A stretch of 63,762 nucleotides of DNA from Actinomycetota bacterium (GTDB lineage: Bacteria; Actinomycetota; UBA4738; HRBIN12): contig JBIOUU010000070.1 of assembly GCA_044867345.1 (NCBI GenBank), forward strand, positions 1 to 63,762, given 5' to 3'. The position numbers were made by a program, and so were the translations under genes. The notes beneath the pieces were generated by a model. It saw only the letters and a program-made list of their open reading frames with translations, did no database searches and was not told the origin of the DNA. This document shows, in pieces, positions 7,492-16,477 of this stretch (its first letter is position 1; each line of letters opens with the position of its first letter).

Positions 7492-9528
7492 CTACCGCCG
7501 TCGCCGGCGAGGATGGCGCTGGCCGGATCCAGGAGGATGGTGCTTCGAAGCCTTTCCGGCTTTCTGCGGAGCGCGACCGTCGGGTTCAGGAGGCTCGGGC
7601 ACCGGGGGCTCGCCTGCCTCCGCCTGAGTGAGCGGTTCGGGTTCAGGAGGCTCGGGCACCGGGGGCTCGCCTGCCTCCGCCTGAGCACTCCCGCGGGATC
7701 GCGAAGGGCGGCCCCCCGAAGCCTTTCCGCCTTTCGGCGAAGCCTCTTGGTCGGGTTCCGTATGGCCGGGCACGGAAGCCACGCCTGTCTCCGTCTGAGC
7801 AAGCCGGCGAGATCGCGAAGGACGGTCTCCCGAAGCGCTTCCTCCCTTCGGCCGACCGCCCCGGGCGGATTCGGCCGGCACGATGCCGGCAATGGTTGTC
7901 GGCTCCTTGCTGGCAGGGCGCTCCGAGCCGGGAATCCGAAGCCGTTGCAGGAGGCCTCGACGGTAGTCGTTGGGGGCGTAGTAGCCGAGGCCCATCCTCG
8001 ATGAGTCGAAACCGTTCAGGACCCCCCCGATCAGACGCCCTCCTACCTGACGAAGCTGGTACCGGGCCTGGATCACTAAGGCGCGCTTCCCCTTCCGGGC
8101 GTTGACCACGACCAAGACGCCGTCGACCATCTCCGCGAGCGCCAGAGAGTCCGCGACCGCAAGGAGTGGGGGGCCATCGATCAGCACGAACTCAGCCCCA
8201 CCACACTGCGCGAGAACGTCGCTCATCCGATCCGACTGCAACAGCTCGACCGGCTCCATGACACTCGTGACAGGGCCACTTGGGAGGACCTGGAGATGAG
8301 GGATCTGGGTGGTGCGAAGCGCTTCGGCCAGCCCGATGTCGCCCGAGAGCACCTGGCTCAATCCCGCGTCATTGGGTACATCGAAGAACTTGTGGACACG
8401 CGGGTAGCGTAGATCGGCGGAGATCAGCGTCACCCTCTTGCCGAGAAGGGCCAGTGTTGTGGCGAGGTTGGCAGCCGTCGTGGTCTTTCCTTCTCCCGTC
8501 TGAGCGCTGGTCACCAGGACGGTCTTCATCGGAGGGCGACCATTGACGGCCAGGAAATTCGTCCGAAGCGTGCGGTACGCCTCGGCTGGACCACCCCTCG
8601 GGCGCTCGATCGTGACCAGCCGAGCGGACATACTCCTCAGGCCAGGTACTTTGGGGATGATTCCCAGGACCGGTGAGTCCAAGCACTGTTCGAGCTCTTG
8701 ACGACCGAGGATCCTGTCGTGGACACGTTCGTGGACAGAGGCGAAGCCAACACCGAGGAGCAAACCGAGAAGCACGCCGAGGGCGAGGTCGAGCTCATGC
8801 TTTGGGCTGCTCGGTGACGCCGGGAGATCACTGGGCTGAATGATCTCGCCCGGATCCACGCTCAGCGTGCTGAGGGTGGCGAATTGGGTCTGAAGCGCGA
8901 GCCGACTGGCTGTGAGGGCGTCCCGCCGGTTCAGGGTATCTCTCCATGCTGGAGTTCCCTGCGCAAGGCGCGAGATCCTCTCGTTCAGGGTGGTGATCTG
9001 TTGGTCCAACGACTGGATCTGGAGCTGCAGGGTCGTCGTGTATTCCGTGATACTTCCGACGGCCTGCCGCCTCTTGAACTCCAGGTACGCCTCTGCGAAC
9101 GCTTGTGCCCCCTTCTTTGCCGTGGCCGGGTCGGGATCCGAGTAGGAGATGTCGAGGATCTGGGTGTTCTCGGGCGCGGTAACGGATACGTGGCGCAGGA
9201 GCGCCTGCACATCGAGCGATGAATCCATCTGCTGATTCGCCACGTTCGCAACCGACGCCGAGGTTACGAGCTGCATCTCGGTCTGGAGGCTGAGCTGCTG
9301 CAGGGGGTTGCCTTGGAAAGGGCTCGTGAGCGTGGGTCTTACCAGAACACGCGCTTCAGAGGTGTAGACCGGAACCCGGGTGAAGGAGTAGAAGGCAGCC
9401 AATCCAGTGGCGCCCAGCGTCACCGCTGCGACGATCCACTTTCGTCGCCGAACGGTAGCGAGGACGTCGCGAAGGTCGAACGTGCCCTCGTCGTGAGGAT
9501 CATCTGGGCCTCGGTCTGAGTTTGCCAT
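7492..9528 (-). CDS. Polysaccharide co-polymerase (Wzz-like) fused to a BY-type tyrosine autokinase, with a long low-complexity C-terminal tail
   Basis: An N-terminal TM segment and chain-length-determinant region are followed by a coiled coil and a second TM. It has Walker A TSAQTGEGKTTTAANLA and a C-terminal Tyr cluster GLGYYAPNDY. A roughly 165-aa P/E/R/G/S-rich extension follows. Confidence 0.85.
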   Translation of the reverse strand: MANSDRGPDDPHDEGTFDLRDVLATVRRRKWIVAAVTLGATGLAAFYSFTRVPVYTSEARVLVRPTLTSPFQGNPLQQLSLQTEMQLVTSASVANVANQQMDSSLDVQALLRHVSVTAPENTQILDISYSDPDPATAKKGAQAFAEAYLEFKRRQAVGSITEYTTTLQLQIQSLDQQITTLNERISRLAQGTPAWRDTLNRRDALTASRLALQTQFATLSTLSVDPGEIIQPSDLPASPSSPKHELDLALGVLLGLLLGVGFASVHERVHDRILGRQELEQCLDSPVLGIIPKVPGLRSMSARLVTIERPRGGPAEAYRTLRTNFLAVNGRPPMKTVLVTSAQTGEGKTTTAANLATTLALLGKRVTLISADLRYPRVHKFFDVPNDAGLSQVLSGDIGLAEALRTTQIPHLQVLPSGPVTSVMEPVELLQSDRMSDVLAQCGGAEFVLIDGPPLLAVADSLALAEMVDGVLVVVNARKGKRALVIQARYQLRQVGGRLIGGVLNGFDSSRMGLGYYAPNDYRRGLLQRLRIPGSERPASKEPTTIAGIVPAESARGGRPKGGSASGDRPSRSRRLAQTETGVASVPGHTEPDQEASPKGGKASGGRPSRSRGSAQAEAGEPPVPEPPEPEPLTQAEAGEPPVPEPPEPDGRAPQKAGKASKHHPPGSGQRHPRRRRR
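7582..7685. repeat. Direct tandem duplication inside the kinase tail: two perfectly identical 47-bp copies at a 57-bp (19-codon) period
   Basis: Positions 7582-7628 and 7639-7685 are identical (gggttcaggaggctcgggcaccgggggctcgcctgcctccgcctgag). On the minus strand each copy encodes AEAGEPPVPEPPEP. Confidence 0.95.
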
Positions 9529-9738
9529 ACGGATGTTCGGCTTCTCCCAAAGGGTCCGGGGCCACCGGGTCTCATGTGCCTGAGGTAACGGCCTACGGTC
9601 GCGGCATCAGGGTAGGACGCGCCTCTGGCGGCGACCATCGTGCATTCGTCGTAGGGGCAATACGTAATCAGTCGGGTGTTTGCTGCACAGTTGCCGGATA
9701 GCCTCAGGCCACACCCGCAGGGGGGGTTACTGGATACG

Positions 9739-10455
9739 GTGGAGCGAGCGAGACGAGTCCGCATCCTGCTCGCAGACGAGCAGGCCCTCTTCCGCGAGGC
9801 AGTGCGGGTGGTCATCGAGAGCGAGGGGGATCTCGAGGTCGTGGCCGAGGCCCGAGATGGGCTTCAGGCCATCGCCGAGGCCGAGCGAACGGCTCCGGAC
9901 GTGGCCCTCCTTGCCGCAAACCTTCCGAACTGCGACGGGCTTCGGGCTGCATCCATGATCCGCCAGCGGTTCCCGCACTGCCAGGTCGTGATCCTGAGCA
10001 GCAAGGAGGAGGCCGGCGTCCTCGAGCGGGCACTCGAAGTCGGGGCTCGAGGCTACCTGACCAAGGCGTCGCCCCTTACCGAGTTGCTCGAGGTCACGCG
10101 TGCCGTGCATCGTGGTGAAACCCAGGTGCCGCCCAAGATGCTCGGAGACCTCCTCGGACGCTTGATGTGGCGCCGGCACGAGCAAGACGAGGTCCTCCAA
10201 CGTATCGCCCGACTCACCCGCCGGGAGCGGGATGTGCTGAGCCTGCTGGCAGGGGGGGCGAGAACGGAGGCCATCGCCGAGACCTTGGTCATCAGCCCGC
10301 AAACCGCCCGGACGCACGTCCAGAACATCCTGGGCAAGCTCGGTGTGCACTCTCGGCTGGAAGCGGCCGCCCTCGTGAACCAGGCCGGCATGCTGGCGGG
10401 CTTGACCGGGGAACCCCTCTCGCAGGCCGGCGCCTTCTATCGCCTGCCCGGGTGA
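9739..10455 (+). CDS. Atypical orphan NarL/LuxR-family response regulator (phospho-acceptor Asp replaced)
   Basis: It has a receiver-like domain (ILLADEQ, VILSSK, YLTKA) and a LuxR HTH (LTRRERDVLSLLAGGARTEAIAETLVISPQTARTHV). The acceptor position reads PDVALLAANLPNCDG. The start may be GTG 9739 or GTG 9676. Confidence 0.75.
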   Translation: MERARRVRILLADEQALFREAVRVVIESEGDLEVVAEARDGLQAIAEAERTAPDVALLAANLPNCDGLRAASMIRQRFPHCQVVILSSKEEAGVLERALEVGARGYLTKASPLTELLEVTRAVHRGETQVPPKMLGDLLGRLMWRRHEQDEVLQRIARLTRRERDVLSLLAGGARTEAIAETLVISPQTARTHVQNILGKLGVHSRLEAAALVNQAGMLAGLTGEPLSQAGAFYRLPG

Positions 10456-10571
10456 GCGAGCACGCCCGCCGGCGAAGCGGCTCGGGGTCGGCCGTGGGGC
10501 AGATCTGGCCGTCGACCGGGCCACCCCTAGTCCGGCACGAGGAATTGCCCCCCCAGCCTCCGAAGGACCGC

Positions 10572-11852
10572 GTGAAGGTCCTCCACGTGATCACGCGGTT
10601 CGCCGGTGGTGCCGGGGCGAACACGTTCCTTTCCGCCGCCGGGATGGATCCCGACCGGTACGAGACCTGGGTCGCCGGCGGGGACGGCGGGCCGCTCTGG
10701 CAACGCGCCAGGGAGGCCGGGGTCCGATCGGTCCGGCTGCCCCGGATGCGAGAGAGGATCGCCCCCCTGGATGATGCGATCGTTCTTTGGCAGCTCTTCG
10801 GGCTCATCCGGCGTGAGCGGTTCTCCGTGGTCCACACTCACTGTTCCAAAGGGGGGTTCATCGGCCGGCTCGCCGCAGGGCTCGCCCGGGCTCCCGTCGT
10901 GGTGCACACCTTCCACGCATTCGCCTCCCACTCCTTCATGGGGAGACCTCGCCGGGCCCTGTACTTGACCCTCGATCGACTCGTGAGGCCTTTCGCCCAT
11001 CGGTACGTGGCGGTGTCCCCGCGCGTGGCGCGCGAGGCGGTCGAACACCGCCTCGTTCCTCCGGGCTCGGTGGTGGTGGTGCCCTCTGGATTGGAGATGG
11101 ACCGGGTTCCCGATCGGCCGGATCCCTCGGTTCGTAAAGAGCTCGGCATCCCCGAAGGTGCGCCTGTCGTGGGATGGGTTGGACGCATGGTTCCACAAAA
11201 GGCCCCGCTGCACTTCGTGCACATGGCTGCCATCGTTCGTGAGACACACGGTGATGCCGTGTTCGTCATGGTCGGTGATGCCTCATTCGAGGCGCAGCCG
11301 CTGGAGCGACAGACGCGTCAAGAGGCTCGCCGGTTAGGGGTCGACGTCGTGTTTACCGGCTTCCGTCCGGATGCGCCCAGGATCGCATCAACGTTCGACG
11401 TGTACGTGGTCTCCTCGCTCTACGAAGGCCTCGGGCGCGGGCTCACCGAAGCGATGGCGTCAGGTCGACCGGTCGTGGCGACGGCGGTCAACGGGGTCCG
11501 CGATCTCGTGACACCGGGATCCACCGGTCTCCTCGCACGGCCAGGCGATCCGGCTGCGCTCGCTTCGTGCGTGCGCTGGATGTTGGACCACCCCGAGGAG
11601 AGTCGACAGATGGGCGCTCGGGGCAAGAGCTGCGTCTCTGGGGTCTTCGATCAGGCGACGATGTGTGGCATGCTCGATGGCGTCTATTCGGCACTCCTCG
11701 GACTCCCCGAGCCCGTCCCTCGACGTCCGGAGTACCCACTCCTGGTGCTACCCCCCGACCCGAAGGCTGATACAGGCGTTTCCGATCCAACCGCCGGCAC
11801 TTGGGACCTCCCCAGTCGTCGAGTGGTTCACCCCAAGCCGTCGAGGCCGTAG
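10572..11852 (+). CDS. Glycosyltransferase family 4 (GT-B fold)
   Basis: VKVLHVITRFAGGAGAN is at the N-terminus. The C-terminal half has the EX7E-type region SSLYEGLGRGLTEAMASGRPVVATAVNG. The upstream 135 codons of the track ORF are Arg/Pro-rich and unlikely to be coding. Confidence 0.85.
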   Translation: MKVLHVITRFAGGAGANTFLSAAGMDPDRYETWVAGGDGGPLWQRAREAGVRSVRLPRMRERIAPLDDAIVLWQLFGLIRRERFSVVHTHCSKGGFIGRLAAGLARAPVVVHTFHAFASHSFMGRPRRALYLTLDRLVRPFAHRYVAVSPRVAREAVEHRLVPPGSVVVVPSGLEMDRVPDRPDPSVRKELGIPEGAPVVGWVGRMVPQKAPLHFVHMAAIVRETHGDAVFVMVGDASFEAQPLERQTRQEARRLGVDVVFTGFRPDAPRIASTFDVYVVSSLYEGLGRGLTEAMASGRPVVATAVNGVRDLVTPGSTGLLARPGDPAALASCVRWMLDHPEESRQMGARGKSCVSGVFDQATMCGMLDGVYSALLGLPEPVPRRPEYPLLVLPPDPKADTGVSDPTAGTWDLPSRRVVHPKPSRP

Positions 11853-11860
11853 GGGTCGCC

Positions 11861-12586
11861 ATGGCGATGCAGGGGAATCTGCCTGCCGATGTCCAGACGA
11901 ACGGATCGAGGCGTCCATCCCTCTTCGAAATCGCCGGTCCGGCTGGGGCGGGGAAGAGCACGCTGGTTCGCGCGCTGCTGGACCGCGATCCTCGCATGCA
12001 GGTCGTTCAGCTGCCGCCCCGTGTCCGGTTGGCGCCGTTCTATGCGCGTCGCGCCGTCGAGCTCCTCCCGACCTATCTCCTTCATTACCGTGGGACCCGG
12101 TGGTTCACGAGACAAGAGGCCAAGGCCATGGCCCTCGTCGAGGCTTGGCAGAAACGCGTGGATTCAAGTCCGAGTCGTGACGACCGGATCCGGCTGTTCG
12201 ACCAGGGACCCGTCTTTCGCCTGGCGGTGATGTCCGGACTCGGTCCTCCGATCGTGAGGAGCGCCCTCTTCACCGACCTGTTAGAGGGGTGGGCGAGAAG
12301 CTGGGCCGACAGACTGGATCTCGTCGTGTGGCTCTCGGCTCCCGATGACGTCCTGCTGCACCGGATCAGGACTCGCCCGCAGGATCACGCAGTGAAAGAG
12401 TGGCTCGACGCGCCTGCACTGCAACGTATCGGGCAGTATGGGGACGCGATCCAGCGGGTCATCGAGGAGCTCGCCCGGTCCTCGTCGATCCACGTCCTGA
12501 AGTTCGACACGGGGTCGCGGTCACCCGAATCCATCGCCGACGAGCTCCTGTCCTCGTTGCGCGAGGATCGGAGGCTCCGTGGCTGA
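11861..12586 (+). CDS. Stand-alone P-loop NTPase/kinase-like protein of unknown function
   Basis: It has Walker A GPAGAGKSTLVRAL and a nucleotide-kinase-like segment DLVVWLSAPDDVLLHRIRTR. Its stop overlaps the flippase start. Confidence 0.6.
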   Translation: MAMQGNLPADVQTNGSRRPSLFEIAGPAGAGKSTLVRALLDRDPRMQVVQLPPRVRLAPFYARRAVELLPTYLLHYRGTRWFTRQEAKAMALVEAWQKRVDSSPSRDDRIRLFDQGPVFRLAVMSGLGPPIVRSALFTDLLEGWARSWADRLDLVVWLSAPDDVLLHRIRTRPQDHAVKEWLDAPALQRIGQYGDAIQRVIEELARSSSIHVLKFDTGSRSPESIADELLSSLREDRRLRG

Positions 12587-14141
12587 ACGGCAGGGGCTGC
12601 TCGCACGGGGTGCCACTCGGGTCTTCTCCGATGGCACGTTGACGAAGAGAGCCTCATTGAACGCCTTTGCCTCCGGCGTCGAGCTCGTCACCCGGACCAT
12701 CGTCTCCTTGTTCCTCACGCCGCTCTTGCTCTCCCGCTTGGGAGATTCCGTCTTCGGCGTGTGGCAGGTACTCCAGCGGCTTGTTGTGCAAGCTTCCCCG
12801 GCGAGCGGCCGGCCCGGCGAGGCGCTGAAGTGGGTCGTGGCGAACCGGCAATCGTCGACCGACTACGAGGAGAAGCGCCGCCAGGTTGGTAATGCCGTCG
12901 CCGTCTGGTTCCTCTTCTTTCCCGTCCAACTCGCCGTCGGAGCCGTCGTGGGCTGGTTCGCCCCCGTATGGCTTCACGTGCCAGGAGCGAACCAGGGGGT
13001 CGTCCGCCTGGCTGCCGCCCTGCTCGTGGTGAATCTCCTCCTCGGGAGCCTCGAGGACCTGCCTCGCGCCGTGCTCCAGGGCGAGAACCTGGGATACAAG
13101 CGGATCGGCCTTGCAGCGGCCGTCGTTCTCGTCGGCGGCGCGTTGACCGCGGGTGCCCTCTTCCTCGGCACCGGACTCGTGGGCGTTGCGGCTGCAACCG
13201 TCGCAGCGGGACTGCTCTCCGGCACCGCCTACTTCTTCATCGCGAAGAAGTACGTGGTCTGGTTCGGCATCGCTCGGCCCCACCTGCGAGGCCTGGGCCG
13301 GTTCGCCGGACTGAGCGGATGGTTCCTCCTCTGGAACCTGGTGATGAAGGCGATGAACGGCGCGGACCTGGTGGTCCTGGGCATCGCCGGATCCGCCAGG
13401 TTGGTGACGACCTACACGCTTTCGAGATTCGTGCCGTTCGCTCTGGCCGCCGTGGTGGCGGTCGTCATCCTCGCGATCATGCCGGGCCTCGGCGGCCTGA
13501 TCGGCGCGGGAGACCTTGAAAGGGCCAGGAGCGTCAGGACGGAGATGATGGCGGCGACGTGGTTGATGGGAACCGTAGCCGGGTCCCTCATCCTGATCTG
13601 GGAGGCATCGTTCCTCCGCCTTTGGGTCGGCGAGCAGTATTACCCAGGGATGCCGACCATGATCCTCATCGTCACCATGGTCATGCAGTGGGCACTCATC
13701 CGCATCGATACCAACATCATCGACCTGACCTTGAACCTCCGGTGGAAGGTCTTGGTCGGTGTCCTCTCCACCGTCCTGTGTCTCGGGCTGTCCTGGGTCC
13801 TCGTCGATCGGGGATCGGGGATCATGGGGACGGTCATCGGGTTCATCGGGGGTCGGGCCATCCTCAGCTTCGTCTACCCGTGGATGATCGGACGTCGGCT
13901 TCGGATCCCCCCGATGCAGCAACTTCTCGGCCTGGTCCGCCCCACCATGGCTACCGTGGGCGTCTTCGCGGTTTCCGCATTCGTCGGCTCGATGGCCCGG
14001 ACCGGATCTTGGTCCGGTCTCGTCTTCGCGGTCGCGATCTCGGCCCTCCTCCTGGGGCCCCTCGTGTTCTTCGCCGGCCTCAGCACCATCCAACGCCAAC
14101 GCATGTGGAAACGCGCTCGACGGGTTGCTCGACTCACGTGA
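12579..14141 (+). CDS. Oligosaccharide/polysaccharide flippase (Wzx-like, MOP superfamily)
   Basis: 520 aa with many predicted TM helices. The position and size are typical of Wzx in Wzy-dependent clusters. Confidence 0.8.
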   Translation: MAERQGLLARGATRVFSDGTLTKRASLNAFASGVELVTRTIVSLFLTPLLLSRLGDSVFGVWQVLQRLVVQASPASGRPGEALKWVVANRQSSTDYEEKRRQVGNAVAVWFLFFPVQLAVGAVVGWFAPVWLHVPGANQGVVRLAAALLVVNLLLGSLEDLPRAVLQGENLGYKRIGLAAAVVLVGGALTAGALFLGTGLVGVAAATVAAGLLSGTAYFFIAKKYVVWFGIARPHLRGLGRFAGLSGWFLLWNLVMKAMNGADLVVLGIAGSARLVTTYTLSRFVPFALAAVVAVVILAIMPGLGGLIGAGDLERARSVRTEMMAATWLMGTVAGSLILIWEASFLRLWVGEQYYPGMPTMILIVTMVMQWALIRIDTNIIDLTLNLRWKVLVGVLSTVLCLGLSWVLVDRGSGIMGTVIGFIGGRAILSFVYPWMIGRRLRIPPMQQLLGLVRPTMATVGVFAVSAFVGSMARTGSWSGLVFAVAISALLLGPLVFFAGLSTIQRQRMWKRARRVARLT

Positions 14142-14146
14142 GGTGG

Positions 14147-15259
14147 ATGTTGGGCGATGGACCTGAGCGACTGGCGATCCTGACCTCGACCCTGGGCGGG
14201 GGGGGCGCGCAGCGGTCGATGATCCGGTTGGCGGGGGGGATAGCGGAGCGTGGATACGCGGTCGACCTCGTCCTTCGCCGAGCCGAGGGACACTACGTCG
14301 ACGAGGTGCAGGACGGCGTCCGTGTGGTGGACCTCGACGCTGGCCGAATGCTGTTCAGCGTGCCGGCGCTCGTTCGGTACCTGCGGCGAGAGCGCCCACA
14401 GGCGGTGCTGGCGGCGCTCAACTACGTGAACATCGTGGGGTTGTGGGCCCGGCAGGTGGCCGGTGTGCGAACGCGGTTCGTCGTGAGCGAGCGCAACACC
14501 CTCTCCCCGGCGGCGAGCCACCGCCGGACCTGGCGGGAACTGGTCAGGCCGAAACTGATCGGACGTTTCTACCGCTGGGCCGACGGGATCGTCGCGGTTT
14601 CGGAGGGCGTGGCATCCGATCTGGCCGCGGTCACCGGCCTTCCCAGGAGCCGCATCGACGTGATCCCCAACCCCGTGATCACGCCGCGCCTGAAGCAGAT
14701 GGCAAGAGCGCCCGTCGATCATCGCTGGTTCGGCGAGGGAGAACCTCCCGTCGTGCTCGCCGTGGGACGCTTGGCGCCGCAGAAGGACTTCGACACCCTG
14801 ATCCGCGCCTTCGCCGCGGTCCGAGAACGACGGCTGGCCCGCCTGTTGATCTTGGGTGAGGGCCCCGAGCGTGAGGCCCTCGAATCGGCGATCGCCCGCC
14901 TCGCCCTTGGATCGGATGTCGAGTTGCCGGGGTGGGTCACCAATCCGTATCCGTTCCTGGTCCGGTCGGCCGCGTTCGTGCTCTCGTCACGATGGGAGGG
15001 ATTGCCGGGGGCGTTGATCGAGGCGCTGTACTGCGGCGTCCCCGTGATCGCGACGGACTGTCCAAGCGGGCCGAGCGAGATCCTCGACGGTGGCCGGCAC
15101 GGTCGGCTGGTACCGGTCGGCGAGCCGGATGCGCTTGCACTCGCGATCGATCAGGCGCTCTCGGGACAGATCCCTCGACCCGGCCGCGACAGCTGGGAGC
15201 CTTACGAGCAGGAGAGCGTGGTCGGCCACTACCTCGACTTGCTGTTGGGAGGTCGCTGA
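14147..15259 (+). CDS. Glycosyltransferase family 4
   Basis: It contains LAILTSTLGGGGAQRSMIRLAGG and SSRWEGLPGALIEALYCGVPVIATDCPSGPSE. The start is ATG 14147 or GTG 14138, right at the flippase stop. Confidence 0.85.
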   Translation: MLGDGPERLAILTSTLGGGGAQRSMIRLAGGIAERGYAVDLVLRRAEGHYVDEVQDGVRVVDLDAGRMLFSVPALVRYLRRERPQAVLAALNYVNIVGLWARQVAGVRTRFVVSERNTLSPAASHRRTWRELVRPKLIGRFYRWADGIVAVSEGVASDLAAVTGLPRSRIDVIPNPVITPRLKQMARAPVDHRWFGEGEPPVVLAVGRLAPQKDFDTLIRAFAAVRERRLARLLILGEGPEREALESAIARLALGSDVELPGWVTNPYPFLVRSAAFVLSSRWEGLPGALIEALYCGVPVIATDCPSGPSEILDGGRHGRLVPVGEPDALALAIDQALSGQIPRPGRDSWEPYEQESVVGHYLDLLLGGR

Positions 15260-16476
15260 TGAGGAGACTGATGTCCTGGGCAGTCCTCGTCGTGATCTTC
15301 ACCCTCCCCCTGGAGAACGTCGTGCAGGTCGGGGCAACCACTCGGATTAGCAAGGTCGTGGGGATCGGCGCCTCGGTGCTCTGGGCGCTCACCGTTGCCG
15401 TCACCGGGAGGATCCGAAAGCCGCTTCCGTTCCACTTGGCGGTCATCTCGTTCGCGTTGTGGAATCTGGCGAGCGTCTTCTGGACCACGAACCTCACGGC
15501 CACGCTGCTGCAGTCCTTCACGTACGTGCAGCTCGCCCTGCTCGTGTACATCCTTTGGGACACCCTCAGGACGTACCAGTCGCTCCGGGCCGCCATGCAG
15601 GCATATGTCCTGGGTGCGTGGGTGTCGGTGATCAGCCTGTTCATCGGGTACGAGCGCGCCGGGGCCGAGTACCTCGGCCGGCTCACCGTGGGTACGTTCG
15701 AGGTCAACGCCCTTGGCCTCGTCTTGGGGCTCGGGATCCCCTTCGCCTGGTATCTGGTCGTGGGCACGTCCTCCGGGCGCAGGCGTCGCCTCCTGGCCGC
15801 GGTGAACCTGGCCTATGTGCCGGCGGCAGTCATTGCCGTCATGCTGACGGGCTCACGGTCTGCGATCCTTTCCCTGCTCCCCGTCCTTGCCTACATCGCC
15901 TTGGGGCTGGTTCGCCTCGGCGTCTCGCGCCGAGCGCTCGCGGCATTCGTCCTGGCCGTCGTGGGCATCTTCCTGACGACCACCCCGCTGGTGCCGCAGA
16001 GAACCGTGGAACGCCTGACGAGCACGCCCACCGCCATCACCCAAGGCAACATCGGAGGGCGGCTCAACACGTGGCGTGACGCGTATGACACCTTCGCGGA
16101 GCACCCGGTCGTGGGTACCGGGAGCGGCACCTTCGTGGCCGCGACCACGCAGAGGGCGGCGCACAACGTCGCCTTGCGGTTCCTTGCCGAGTTGGGGCTC
16201 GTTGGGTTGGGACTGTTCGCACTGATCCTGGTCTTCACCGTCTCGAACGTGCGACACCAGCCGAAGGCTCTCGCCGGACTCTGGATCAGCCTCCTGTTGA
16301 TGTGGGCGATGGGGGCCGCCGTTCACAACTTCGAGGACAGGAAGCAGACGTGGCTGGTCTTCGGCCTCGCGGCCGTTGGAGCCGGCCTCTCCTCCGACGC
16401 GATCAGAGGGCAAACGACACCTTCGCTTCGGTTCGGCCGTCGGTCTCTGGTCGACGCGACGACGCGGGGCCCTTGA
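15259..16476 (+). CDS. O-antigen ligase/polymerase family membrane protein (Wzy-like)
   Basis: It is a polytopic membrane protein with an MLTGSRSAILSLL loop, typical of the Wzy_C family. Its ATG shares one base with the upstream stop (TGATG). Confidence 0.75.
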   Translation: MRRLMSWAVLVVIFTLPLENVVQVGATTRISKVVGIGASVLWALTVAVTGRIRKPLPFHLAVISFALWNLASVFWTTNLTATLLQSFTYVQLALLVYILWDTLRTYQSLRAAMQAYVLGAWVSVISLFIGYERAGAEYLGRLTVGTFEVNALGLVLGLGIPFAWYLVVGTSSGRRRRLLAAVNLAYVPAAVIAVMLTGSRSAILSLLPVLAYIALGLVRLGVSRRALAAFVLAVVGIFLTTTPLVPQRTVERLTSTPTAITQGNIGGRLNTWRDAYDTFAEHPVVGTGSGTFVAATTQRAAHNVALRFLAELGLVGLGLFALILVFTVSNVRHQPKALAGLWISLLLMWAMGAAVHNFEDRKQTWLVFGLAAVGAGLSSDAIRGQTTPSLRFGRRSLVDATTRGP

Positions 16477-16477
16477 C

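Noticed and set aside
7393-8004. A plus-strand 203-aa ORF lies exactly opposite the BY-kinase tail. In my hand count its frame has higher third-position GC (69 of 83 triplets) than the annotated minus-strand frame (53 of 82).
   Set aside because: The product is an Arg/Leu/Ser-rich repeat (GFRRLGHRGLACLRLS) with an extreme basic charge and no motifs. The high GC3 is explained by the E/P/A/G-rich composition of the opposite frame, since antisense GC3 equals sense GC1. It would also overlap the response-regulator 3' end. I kept it only as an alternative under the tail finding.
10167-10571. Several track ORFs have long N-terminal extensions. Examples are 10167-10571 for the GT4, 13559-14137 for the second GT4, 14932-15258 for Wzy, 41599-42000 for pcrA and 44887-45333 for sucC.
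   Set aside because: The extensions are Arg/Pro/Gly-rich, overlap upstream genes in other frames, and precede internal starts that match the conserved N-termini of the families.
12654-14099. Long ORFs lie antisense or out of frame to confidently assigned genes. Examples are 12654-14099 (-), 1001-2017 (-), 1866-2939 (-), 6729-7892 (-), 26911-28302 (-), 32474-34126 (-), 54768-56510 (-), 55448-57673 (+) and 62137-63333 (-).
   Set aside because: These are typical shadow ORFs of a high-GC genome. Their products are Arg/Pro/Gly/Asp-rich with no recognisable motifs. Each overlaps a gene with clear family signatures on the other strand or in another frame.
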